The notes below the pieces were generated by a model. That model was given only the letters and a program-made list of their open reading frames with translations, was not told the DNA's origin and made no database searches. The position numbers and the translations under genes were made by a program. A stretch of 64,000 nucleotides of DNA from Mobula hypostoma (Eukaryota). Below are positions 25,601-36,689 of this stretch, piece by piece. The stretch is from contig NC_086097.1 of the NCBI RefSeq assembly GCF_963921235.1, forward strand, positions 3,844,001 to 3,908,000, in the 5' to 3' direction. Every line of letters begins with the position of its first letter. The first letter of the stretch is position 1.

Positions 25601-26421
25601 TTCGCTGATTTCAGTCCTTGAACATTCATTAATTTTCCTCCTTTGATATTCCTCTTTAACTCCTCCATATTTGTACTTATTGGTACCCCCATGATCATTC
25701 CTTTACATCCACCGCCATTTCATGCCCCCACCCTCCTTGAGTATTCCACCTTGCATTTTCCTATCTCTTTTAGCTTGAGTGCTTTCTCAAGTTGTTCCTC
25801 GTTCGCACATTTTACCAATAGGTTACCATCATTAAGGACTTTTGCAAATACTATTCCCCCTATCTTATTTACCAGAGTTGTTGTTAGCACAAACGGGTTA
25901 ATTTTCTTCATGTTTCCTTGAGCCTTCTCATTAAACCTAATTATGACAACACCTTCTCTCTGAACTTGTTCATCTTCCTCACTTTCAGAGCTCTCTCCAC
26001 TGTCATTTCTTATTCTTTTATTCTCTTTGTCTCGGTTTTCAATCATCCAACCCCTCACCATCTCCTCATTCCCTTTATTTCTCCCTTCACAATAATCCAT
26101 TTCTCCCCAGCTGCCAACCTCTGATCCCAAATTCCTATCCCGCTCCTTCTCCACTGTCTTTCCCTCAACCCCCCCTCGCCTTTTCCACCATTATCTGACC
26201 CGCACGACCCCCTACTAGCAATTCCTGCTCCTTTCCCATTCTCTTTTCCTCTTTGGTTCCCAACACAGCAGACTTTCAAACCCCCCATTCAAGCAATTCA
26301 AACAGTACTGTCAACACAAAGTAAGAAGAAACTCCCCTCTTCGACAGAGAGGAACACAGATCTTGGACTGTGTCAGTTGACAACTCCTGTCCAGCAGTTA
26401 TCAAAATATTTAACAGTCCCC
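22667..26421 (-). mobile_element. Nimb/I-group LINE with 5' and 3' ends but a large internal deletion in ORF2
   Basis: ORF1 (26154 to about 24764) has three CCHC knuckles (CYNCQRFRH..C, CARC..DH..C, CCNC..AH..C). ORF2 from 24755 has APE motifs QWNA, CIQETWL and SDHHP and the RT start (SYRPIALT, QSGFRKGR), then jumps near 23035 to the C-terminus (..FLRSTGVFYRI*). AAG-rich tail; 12-bp TSD ctgcctctggtc. Confidence 0.88.
24957..25150 (+). mobile_element. Rex1/Babar 3' UTR fragment with (TATGAC)n tail and inverted 5' segment, inside Nimb ORF1
   Basis: Matches the 3' UTR of the Rex1 copy at 42272-42420 in the opposite orientation and splits Nimb ORF1 at NDRIY/DKKALV. Confidence 0.8.
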
Positions 26422-26699
26422 CTGCCTCTGGTCGTCTTCTTCTTGTTGTTCTTGTTTTACGGCAGTTGGCACCCAGCTTAATGGTGCATTACCGCCACAA
26501 AACTCTGCCCTCTGCCTCTGGTCTCCAGGTGACCAGAGTTTAAATCCTGCCCTGATGTTACATCTCATTATGGTGTCACAGTGGCTTTATGATGTCAGAG
26601 TTTGACCTCTCTTTGAGTGACACTCCTCAACGTTACATTTAGAAAAGCCTTGGTCATTGACTGGGTTATAATGACAACATGAGGATGAAAGGAATAACT

Positions 26700-28320
26700 T
26701 AAGGAGGATAAGTCACCTGGACCAGGTGGAAACATCCCAGAGTCCTGAGAGAGGTTGCTGAAGAGATAATGGATGCATTGGTCATGATCTTTCAAAAAAC
26801 ACTTGATTTTGGCATGGTCCCAGAGGTCTGGAAGATTGCAAATGTCACTCCACTCTGTAAGAAGGAAGGAAGGCAAAAGAAAGGAAATTATAGGCCAGTT
26901 AGCCTAACCTCATTGGTTGGGAAATTGTTGGAGTCTATTATCACTTTATACTTTACTTTATAGTCGCCAAACAATTGATAATAGAGTGTACAATCATCAC
27001 AGCGATATTTGCTTCACGCTCCCTGGAGTACAAATCTATAGTAAATACTAAAAATTTAAATTATAAATCATAAATAGAAAAGGGAAAGTAAGGTAGTGCA
27101 AAAAAAACTACTTACGATGTCAGAGTTTGACCTCTCCCTGAGAGACACTTGAATCTTCAGAAGCCATTTGATAAGGTACTGCACGTGAAGCTGCTTAACA
27201 AGATAAAGTCCTGTGGCGTTACAGGAAAGATACTGGCATGGATAGAGGAATGGCTGACAGGCAGGAGGCAACGAGTGGGAATAAAGGGGACCTTTTCTGT
27301 TGGCTTCCAGTGACTAGTAGTGTTCCTCAGGGGTCAGTAATGGAACCAGACTTTTCACATTGTTTGTCAATGACTTAGATAATGGGATTGATGGCTTTGT
27401 GGCAAAGTTTGCAGTTGATATGAAGATAGGTGGAGGGGTAGGTAGTGCTGAGGAAGCAATGTGATTGCAGCAGGACTTAGACAAGTTGGAAGAATGGGCA
27501 AAGAAATGTCAAATAAAATACAGTTAGGAAATGTACAATAATGAATTTTGGTAAAAGGAACAATAGTGCGGACTATTATATAAATGCGGAGAAGGTTCAA
27601 ACATCAGAGGTGCAGAGGGACTTAGGAGTCCTCGTGCAAGACTCCCAGAAGGTTAACTTACAGATTGAGTCAGTGGTAAAGAAGGCAAATGCAATGTTGG
27701 CATTTATTTCAAGGGGAATAGAATATAAGAATAAGGAGATAATGCTGAGCCTTTATAAGACACTAGTCAGGCCGCACATGGAGTACTGTCAACAGTTTTG
27801 TGCCCCATATCTCAGAAAGGATGTGTTGTCATTGTAAAGAGTCTAGAGGAGGTTCATGAGGACGATTCCAGGAATGAAGGGGTTAACATATGAGGATCGT
27901 TTGGCAGCTTTGGGCCTGTACTCACTGGAATGTAGAAGAATGCGAGGGCTGGGGGGGGGAACCTACCGAATATTGAAAGGACTAGATAGGGTGGATGTGG
28001 AGAGGATGTTTCCTATGGTAGAGGTATCCAGCATTAGAGGGCAAAGCCTCAAAACTGAGGGGAGACCCTTTTGAACAGAGATAAGGAGGATTTTTTTAAG
28101 CTAGAGAGTAGTGAATCTCTGCCACAGATTGCAATGGAGGCAAGTCCATGAGTATATTTAAGGCGGAAGTTGCTCATTTCCTGATCGGTCTGGGCATCAG
28201 AGGATATGGTGAGAAGGCAGGTGTATGAGATTGAGTGGGATCCGGGATCAGCCATGATGGAATGGCAGAGCAGACTCGATGGGATGAGTGGCCTAATTCT
28301 GCTTCTATGTCTTATGGTTT
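26700..28320 (+). mobile_element. CR1 LINE RT and 3' fragments with a short insert near 26941-27110
   Basis: WKIANVTPL..GNYRPVSLTS, QRDLGVLV, LVRPHMEYC; tail atgtcttatgg. Confidence 0.88.
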
Positions 28321-28405
28321 ATAATTAACACTTTTTAGTTAACATTCAACAACAATTTTTTTTCTATCTGAACAAAATGTTAGTCACTTTTCTTACCATC
28401 CACAG

Positions 28406-28488
28406 GCAACAGAAACTGCAGAAAAAGGTGTCAAACTACAAGATGTATGAAGACTACCTCCTAAATGTTATTGACAAATTACCAGAAA
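28406..28488 (+). CDS. CCDC197: CCDC197-like coiled-coil protein, internal exon A (QQKLQKKVSNYKMYEDYLLNVIDKLPE)
   Basis: Pyrimidine tract plus cacag acceptor, gtgagt donor, 83 nt, phase 2 to 1. YEDYL..V..K.P resembles CCDC197 as I recall it; orthology not verified. Confidence 0.8.
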
Positions 28489-29704
28489 GTGAGTACAGGA
28501 TTTTTAGTTTAAAAATCAGACTTAAGAAGTTTAACTGAAATAAAGTTTCTATGGTTCAAATCAGTGGGAATGTAATGAGCACCCCTAGCTTGTGCAGGGA
28601 GCCAGAGAACATGTAGCTCTGAGGTTTCTAGTCATTGTTTATTGGTTAAATGTTGTTTAACAAGTATCTTTAAATGTTTAACCCATATCTTTAAATGTTT
28701 AACCCTGTTAAGTTTATTTTGATAGGTCTGGTGATTCCACATCGCCTATACTATTTAGAGGAAGTTCCTTAGCGCTTAGATCGGGGTCCTAGTTTTGGGA
28801 ACGTTTCGTCTCGCAGTGTCACTCAGTTAGGTCACGGAGTTCTGTAGAAATTCTTTTCTACAGACTCGTCATGGGAGTCTGCCTTTCCTCTGCACCTGGG
28901 TTCCATCACTGCCAGTGCAAACTATGACAGGGAAAGATTCCGATTCACTTTGTATTGTGTACCATTCTTTAAAAAAAATAAAATAACATTTCTGTACCCA
29001 GAACTGAAATACTCTTGCCACTGAACCACACTTTATTTTACTTGTGCACAAGGGGATCGCCATGGCCCCTGTCACCCACACTGTTCTAAATTCTGAAGAG
29101 AAACGTCACTTTTATATATTAAAAAAATGGATAACAATTACTGAAATGCCATTTTATATAGAACTGACTCAGAGTTACGGGTATTGACCATTGGTAAACT
29201 AAGTATGGTTGAATTCCTTACTTGCAAGAACAATCGCCATTCACAATAAAGATGTTAAAAGTCAATAGAAACTATAAGCTGACAACTGATGATACTTTGA
29301 AGTTAGTAAAGCAATTCTCCCTTAGTTGTTGTGTGTGCATTGGATCACTTATCTCATCTCCAGACCCCTGGTGTGCAAAGGGAAATTATGATTTTCAAAG
29401 ACCTTTCTTGCCTGGGCTGTCTGCACTCTATCTGTAGACTAAACTTACCTGGATGGTGTCTGTTAACCCTTGCCTTACTGCAACTTCCACGCATACCTTT
29501 TTCATATTCTTGTAGATCACAATACAATAAAATCCAGTACACTGAAGTTCTTTGGGAGTTCTGATAGTCCATGGAGCATTGATAGATCAATGATTGGAAC
29601 AATATGTTTTTAAAGTAAAAATTTTAGGCATTACTTATCATAAAAACACAAGAACCAGAGAATGATTGTCACCTTTAACAAAGAGAAATCTGGTTTTAAG
29701 GCAT

Positions 29705-30060
29705 ATTATAAGATATAAGACATGGGAGCAGAGTTAGGTCATTCAAACAATCAAGTCTGCTCTGCTATCCCTTCATGCCTGAAATATTACCCTTGTCAAC
29801 CCCATTCTCCTCCTCCTCACTGAAACCTTTGACACCCTGTCTAATAAAGAACCTATCAACCTCTGCTTTAAATATACTCACTTACCTGGTCTTCACAGCT
29901 TCTGTGGCAATGAATTCCACAGATTCACAATCCTCTGGCTAAAGAAATTCCTGCTCATCTCTGTTTTAAATGGATGTCCCTCTATTCTGAGGCTCTGTCT
30001 TCTGGTCTGAGACTCCCCCACCATTGGAAATGTCCTCTCCACATGCATTCTGTCAAAGTC
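29705..30060 (-). mobile_element. CR1 3' end fragment
   Basis: Tail ataagatataagacat and typical CR1 3' UTR (ccacagattcac..ctctggctaaagaaattcc). Confidence 0.8.
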
Positions 30061-30089
30061 TGTCTATGTATTCTGTTTCCTTCATTTCC

Positions 30090-30106
30090 ACACATGCACA
30101 GATGCG

Positions 30107-30148
<42 letters not shown>

Positions 30149-30240
30149 CAGCCACACACAGATAGACACGCACACACAGAGACACAACGTACACACACGC
30201 ACAAGCATACAGACACACACACACTCTCACACACATATAC
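30090..30240. repeat. (CA)n microsatellite
   Basis: Pure and degenerate CA run. Confidence 0.95.
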
Positions 30241-30242
30241 AG

Positions 30243-30582
30243 ACCAGCATTGAGGGCATATTCAAACGGTGATGCCTCAAAAAGGCAGCATCCATCATTA
30301 AGGACCCCCGTCACCCAGAACATGCCCTCTTTTCATTGCTACCATTTAGGAGAAGATACAGGAGACTGAAGGCACACACTCAACAATTCAGGAACAGCTT
30401 CTTCCCCTTCTGAATGGACAATCAAGCCATGTACACTACCTCACTCAATTTTGCTCTTAATACACTACTTATTTAATTTAAGAAACATACATTCTTACTG
30501 TAATTTCTGGTTTTTGTTTTGTACTGGAATGTAACGCTGCTGCAAAACAACAAATTTCACGACATATTGCACCAATATTAAA
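30243..30582 (+). mobile_element. Rex1/Babar-L2-type LINE 3' fragment
   Basis: Homologous to 9741-10117 (RRYRRLKAHTQQFRNSFFP). Confidence 0.75.
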
Positions 30583-30612
30583 CACACAGAGGGAATTATT
30601 CTAACTGCTAAC

Positions 30613-30806
30613 AACAGGAATTCTGCAGATGCTGGAAATTCAAGCAACACACATCAAAGTTGCTGGTGAATGCAGCAGGCCAAGCAGCATCTATAGGAAG
30701 AGGCTCAGTCGACGTTTCAGGCCGAGGCCCTTCGTCAGGACTGCGCCTCTTCCTATAGATGCTGCTTGGCCTGCTGCGTTCACCAGCAACTTTGATGTGT
30801 GTTGCT
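30613..30806. mobile_element. Penelope pLTR fold-back insertion with about 17-bp TSD
   Basis: Inverted arms at about 30642-30703 and 30744-30806, flanked by ttattctaactgctaac on both sides. Confidence 0.85.
30707..30742 (-). ncRNA. Minimal type I hammerhead ribozyme (Penelope-associated)
   Basis: AGTC-CTGACGA-AGGgcctcggCCT-GAAA-CGTC-GACT: intact core boxes, stem I AGTC/GACT, stem II AGG/CCT, palindromic ACGT stem III, GUC cleavage triplet. Confidence 0.75.
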
Positions 30807-30883
30807 TATTCTAACTGCTAACGTGTTTTTCACATTATAATGTATGATTGCAGTATATATTTTAATCTTGCTTTATGTTGCAG

Positions 30884-31056
30884 ATTACCTGGAGAATAGT
30901 TCAGAATCTCTGGTGATGTGTGTCATTCAGAAATATGAAACACTGCGATCCACCAGTGAGGTGTTGGTAAATAATCTGAGCAGGTTGTCTGATCAGCTGG
31001 AACAGCAACAGCACAACTTGGAAACGCTGCATCAAGAATGCGATACCTCAAAACTG
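30884..31056 (+). CDS. CCDC197: CCDC197-like exon B (NYLENSSESLVMCVIQKYETL..ECDTSKL)
   Basis: ttgcag acceptor, gtatga donor, 173 nt, phase 1 to 0, in frame with exon A; coiled-coil composition. Confidence 0.82.
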
Positions 31057-31074
31057 GTATGACAACATTTATTG

Positions 31075-31320
31075 ATTTAACTATTCAGAGATACAGCACA
31101 GAGCAGGCCCTTCTGACCCAACGAACAATGCCACCCAGCAAACCATCTATTTAACCCCAACCTAATCACAGGGCAATTTACAATTAACCTACCAACTGGA
31201 ACACCTTTGGAATGTCAGACGAAACCCACACAGTTACAGGGAGAACGTAGAAATTCCTTAAGGAGGACACTGGAAATGAACTCCTAATCCCAGCGTCCCG
31301 ATCTGTAACACAGTCATGCA
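31075..31320 (-). mobile_element. HE1/V-SINE-like SINE
   Basis: acccacacagttacagggagaacgt..aaattcc V-domain-like core with a CR1-like tail; siblings at 59190-59460 and 59820-60110. Confidence 0.6.
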
Positions 31321-31470
31321 GTGATTAAGTGTTCTTTCTGCTGTGAGAAGATACTTTATGTCTGTTCACAATCATGTGAGGATCAAGGGAGACCAAGAAT
31401 TTGTCCATATTTTGTATACATCAATGATGCCATAATATTAGCTATATTTAATAATAATAATAGCTTATTT

Positions 31471-34400
31471 GTGATAGGGGACTCGATAGTAAGGGGGTCA
31501 GATAGGCGATTCTGTGGACGCAGTCCAGAGACCCGGATGGTAGTTTGCCTCCCTGGTGCCAGGGTCCGGGATATTTCTGATCGTGTCCAAGATATCCTGA
31601 AGTGGGAGGGTGAGGAGCCAGAGGTCGTGGTACATATAGGTACCAATGACATAGGTAGGAAAAGGGATGAGGTCCTGAAAGGAGAATATAGGGAGCTAGG
31701 AAGGGAGTTGAGAAAAAGGACCGCAAAGGTAGTAATCTCGGGATTACTGCCTGTGCCACGCGACAGTGAGAGTAGGAATGCGATGAGGTGGAGGATAAAT
31801 GCGTGACTGAGGGATTGGAGCAGGGGGCAGGGATTGAAGTTTTTGGATCATTGGGACCTCTTTTGGCGCAGGCGTGACCTGTACAAAAAGGACGGGTTAC
31901 ACTTGAATCCTAGGGGGACCAATATCCTGGCAGGGAGATTAGCGGGGGGTACTGAGGTGACTTTAAACTAGAATGGTTGGGGGGTGGGAATCAAATTAAA
32001 GAAGCTAGGCGTGAGGAGGTTAGTTCACAACAGAGAGATGGGAACCAGTGCAGAGAGACAGAGGGGTGTAAAGTGAGGGTAGAAGCAAAAAGTACAAAGG
32101 AGAAAAGTAAAAGTTGCAGGCCGACAAATCCAGGGCAAGCATTAAAAAGGGCCACTTTTCAACATAATTGTATAAGGGCTAAGAGAGTTGTAAAAGAGCG
32201 CCTGAAGGCTTTATGTGTCAATGCAAGGAGCATTCGTAATGAGGTGGATGAATTGAAAGTGCAGATTGTTATTAATGATTATGATATAGTTGGGATCACA
32301 GAGACATGGCTCCAGGGTGACCAGAGATGGGAGCTCAACGTTCAGGGATATTCAATATTCAGGAGGGATAGACATGAAGGAAGGGGAGGTGGGGTGGCGT
32401 TGCTGGTTAAAGAAGAGATTAACGCAATAGAAAGGAAGGACATAAGCCGGGAAGATGTGGAATCGATATGGGTAGAGCTGCGTAACACTAAGGGGCAGAA
32501 GACGCTGGTGGGAGTTGTGTACAGGCCACCTAACAGTAGTAGTGAGGTCGGGGATGGTATTAAACAGGAAATTAGAAATGTGTGCAATAAAGGAACAGCA
32601 GTTATAATGGGTGACTTCAATCTACATGTAGACTGGGTGAACCAATTTGGTAAAGGTGCTGAGGAAGAGGATTTCTTGGAATGTATGCGGGATGGTTTTT
32701 TGAACCAACATGTCGAGGAACCAACTAGAGAGCAGGCTATTCTGGACTGGGTTTTGAGCAATGAGGAAGGGTTAATTAGCGATCTTGTCGTGAGAGGCCC
32801 CTTGGGTAAGAGTGACCATAATATGGTGGAATTCTTCATTAATATGGAGAGTGACATAGTTAATTCAGAAACAAAGGTTCTGAACTTAAAGAGGGGTAAC
32901 TTTGAAGGTATGAGACGTGAATTAGCTAAGATAGACTGGCAAATGACACTTAAAGGATTGACGGTGGATATGCAATGGCAAGCATTTAAAGGTTGCATGG
33001 ATGAACTACGACAATTGTTCATCCCAGTTTGGCAAAAGAATAAATCAAGGAAGGTAGTGCACCCGTGGCTGACAAGAGAAATTAGGGATAGTATCAATTC
33101 CAAAGAAGTAGCATACAAATTAGCCAGAGAAAATGGCTCACCTGAGGACTGGGAGAAATTCAGAGTTCAGCAGAGGAGGACAAAGGGCTTAATTAGGAAG
33201 GGGAAAAAAGATTATGAGAGAAAACTGGCGGGGAACATAAAAACGGACTGTAAAAGCTTTTATAGATATGTAAAAAGGAAAAGACTGGTAAAGACAAATG
33301 TAGGTCCCCTGCAGACAGAAACAGGTGAATTGATTATGGGGAGCAAGGACATGGCAGACCAATTGAATAATTACTTTGCTTCTGTCTTCACTAAGGAGGA
33401 CATAAATAATCTTCCAGAAATAGTAAGGGACAGAGGGTCCAGTGAGATGGAGGAACTGAGTGAAATACATGTTAGTAGGGAAGTGGTGTTAGGTAAATTG
33501 AAGGGATTGAAGGCAGATAAATCCCCAGGGCCAGATGGTCTGCATCCTAGAGTGCTTAAGGAAGTAGCCCAAGAAATAGTGGATGCATTAGTGATAATTT
33601 TTCAAAACTCGTTAGATTCTGGACTAGTTCCTGAGGATTGGAGGGTGGCTAATGTAACCCCACTTTTTAAAAAAGGAGGGAGAGAGAAACCGGGGAACTA
33701 TAGACCGGTTAGCCTAACGTCGGTGGTGGGGAAACTGCTGGAGTCAGTTATCAAGGATGTGATAACAGCACATTTGGAAAGCGGTGAAATGATCGGACAA
33801 AGTCAGCATGGATTTGTGAAAGGAAAGTCATGTCTGACGAATCTCATAGAATTTTTTGAGGGTGTAACTAGTAGAGTGGATGGGGAGAACCAGTGGATGT
33901 GGTATATTTGGATTTTCAAAAGGCTTTTGACAAGGTCCCACACAGGAGATTAGTGTGCAAACTTAAAGCACACGGTATTGGGGGTAAGGTATTGGTGTGG
34001 CTGGAGAATTGGTTAGCAGACAGGAAGCAAAGAGTGGGAATAAACGGGACCTTTTCAGAATGGCAGGCAGTGACTAGTGGGGTACCGCAAGGCTCAGTGC
34101 TGGGACCCCAGTTGTTTACAATATATATTAATGACTTGGATGAGGGAATTAAATGCAGCATCTCCAAGTTTGCGGATAACACGAAGCTGGGTGGCAGTGT
34201 TAGCAGTGAGGAGGATGCTAAGAGGATGCAGGGTGACTTGGATAGGTTGGGTGAGTGGGCAAACTCATGGCAGATGCAATTTAATGTGGATAAATGTGAA
34301 GTTATCCACTTTGGTGGCAAAAATAGGAAAACAGATTATTATCTGAATGGTGGCCGATTAGGAAAAGGGGAGGTGCAACGAGACCTGGGTGTCATTATAC

Positions 34401-35105
34401 ACCAGTCATTGAAAGTGGACATGCAGGTACAGCAGGCGGTGAAAAAGGCGAATGGTATGCTGGCATTTATAGCGAGAGGATTCGAGTACAGGAGCAGGGA
34501 GGTACTACTGCAGTTGTACAAGGCCTTGGTGAGACCACACCTGGAGTATTGTGTGCAGTTTTGGTCCCCTAATCTGAGGAAAGACATCTTTGCCATAGAG
34601 GGAGTACAAAGAAGGTTCACCAGATTGATTCCTGGGATGGCAGGACTTTCATATGAAGAAAGACTGGATGAACTGGGCTTGTACTCGTTGGAATTTAGAA
34701 GATTGAGGGGGGATCTGATTGAAACGTATAAGATCCTAAAGGGATTGGACAGGCTAGATGCAGGAAGATTGTTCCCGATGTTGGGGAAGTCCAGAACGAG
34801 GGGTCACAGTTTGAGGATAGAGGGGAAGCCTTTTAGGACCGAGATTAGGAAAAACCTCTTCACACAGAGAGTGGTGAATCTGTGGAATTCTCTGCCACAG
34901 GAAACTGTTGAGGCCAGTTCATTGGCTATATTTAAGAGGGAGTTAGATATGGCCCTTGTGGCTACGGGGGTCAGGGGGTATGGAGGGAAGGCTGGGGCGG
35001 GGTTCTGAGTTGGATGATCAGCCATGATCATAATAAATGGCGGTGCAGGCTTGAAGGGCCGAATGGCCTACTCCTGCACCTATTTTCTATGTTTCTATGT
35101 TTCTA
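31471..35105 (+). mobile_element. Young CR1 LINE, 5'-truncated in ORF1; ORF2 (APE-RT) intact apart from one frameshift
   Basis: ORF1 esterase VIGDS..GTNDIG with a premature TGA near 31804. ORF2 31977-33953 plus 33893-35008 (1-nt deletion near 33881), FADNTK, (TTCTATGT)n tail. Inserted in an L2-like 3' end. Confidence 0.97.
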
Positions 35106-35879
35106 TTTATAGAGCACTTTCCACACAGACAATGTAGTTCAAATATCTTTATAATGGGATAAAGTGCAAACATGAAAATAAAAGACAAAAAGATGTTGGA
35201 TAAAAGCAAGGTGAAATAATTGGGTTTTGAGCTGGTGTTTAAAAGTGTCAAGCGAGTCTGCATCCCTTATAGTTTTAAGTACTGAATTCTACAGTTTAGG
35301 AGTGTAGTTCAAAAAAGTTGACCTGCTAATTATCTTTTGAACTGGGAATGCTTATTGGGCCATTTAATATCAGAAAACAAAGTCAGCTAATGTTCCTTTA
35401 GGGTCAGACTAAGAATGCGTAGGTGTTCTTTTGCCCTTTGGTGTTTATGGCCTGCTTTGATTTTTCAGATATTATTTTAAATTTCCACCATTTACAGTTT
35501 TTACAATCTCATTCTCCAACTCTTATAATTTATAAAGTGATGAGTCAGGAGAAACAAAATCACAATAAGACCTGCTTCTGCAGTACCACAATTGCTCATA
35601 TCTCAGTTTTCTTTATGGTACAGGAACTACAAAACCCACTTTGCAAAGGACCCTGAGTCTGCCAGAGTGAGCCTGAGTTTCCAGTTGTCTTTCCTTGTTC
35701 TGACAGGGAATCTCAGAACAAAAATGATTCTCTTTCCGCAGATGCTGTCTGAGCTAATGAGTATTTCCAGCACTTCTGGTTTGTTCTGCTTCAATCTTCT
35801 CTTTTCTGCAGGAAGTGAATGAAACCTTGTCTATCTTTTCCAGTAGTTTCAATCTCCAAGTACTATTAAATATCTCAAA

Positions 35880-36102
35880 CATGAGAAAACCTGCCGATGC
35901 TGCAAATCCAAAGCAACACACAGAAAAATGGTGGAGAAACTCTGTAGACCAGGGTGCATCTCTGGAAAAGCGTACAGTCGACGTTTCAGACTGAGACCCT
36001 CCTTCAGTTCTGATGAAGGGTCTTGGCCTGAAACATCGACTGTTTGCTCTTTTCCATAGATGCTGCCTAGCCCACTGATTTCCTGCACCATTTTGTGTGT
36101 AC
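35880..36102. mobile_element. Penelope pLTR inverted pair with two back-to-back hammerhead motifs
   Basis: Plus strand AGTT-CTGATGA-AGGG..CCT-GAAA-CATC-GACT at 36006-36041; degenerate minus-strand copy at 35976-36010; inverted flanking arms. Confidence 0.78.
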
Positions 36103-36689
36103 CTATTGAATATCTGTTTCTTGCTCCCTCGAGTGTTTTGCTGGTATCCCCCGAATGCACCTCAGCTTTTTATCTCAATTCTTCCTGGTCAGGGAGGAAG
36201 GGATAAGTTATCCAGTGAAAATTAATTTCGCTGGAACTGCCTACTAGACTGACTCACTTTATTGGAACCGACTTTGGATCTCCTCTGTATGTGATAGCTT
36301 TTCCCAATCTACCTACACACTTTTGATCATTTTAGCTTCTGTATGAAAGAGCTGCAGCTCTTTCATACAGAAGCTATGGAGAGTGAGCTGTTGCCCAGGC
36401 AGCAGGCTCTCCTCTCCATGCAGCTGATGAATCCAAAGGAACGGCAGAGACTGATACAATATGGCAGCAATGGCATCACGGGAGCTGTCAATCAGCGTTA
36501 AGCTCAACGTAGGGCGGCTTAATGGACCCCAGCTCCGGATTTCTCCTCGGTGTTTATTTCTAAAGCCTTCCCCATGTGTGGGAATGAGTGGAGGTTTGAG
36601 ATCAGAGTTCTCCTTCTCCAGGAACAGTGTTGTCGATCAGCATCAGGAGCAGCAGATGACAAGGAGGCTTCTCACAGGATAGTGGTGTT

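Noticed and set aside
29974..30323. His/Thr- and Cys/Val-rich ORFs
   Set aside because: Translation of a (CA)n microsatellite.
32342..33118. 258-aa antisense ORF, also present at 53132-53908
   Set aside because: Shadow frame of CR1 ORF2; its recurrence only reflects near-identical copies.
31977..35008. Active autonomous CR1
   Set aside because: 5'-truncated with an ORF1 stop and an ORF2 frameshift, although the 1-nt deletion could be a sequencing error.
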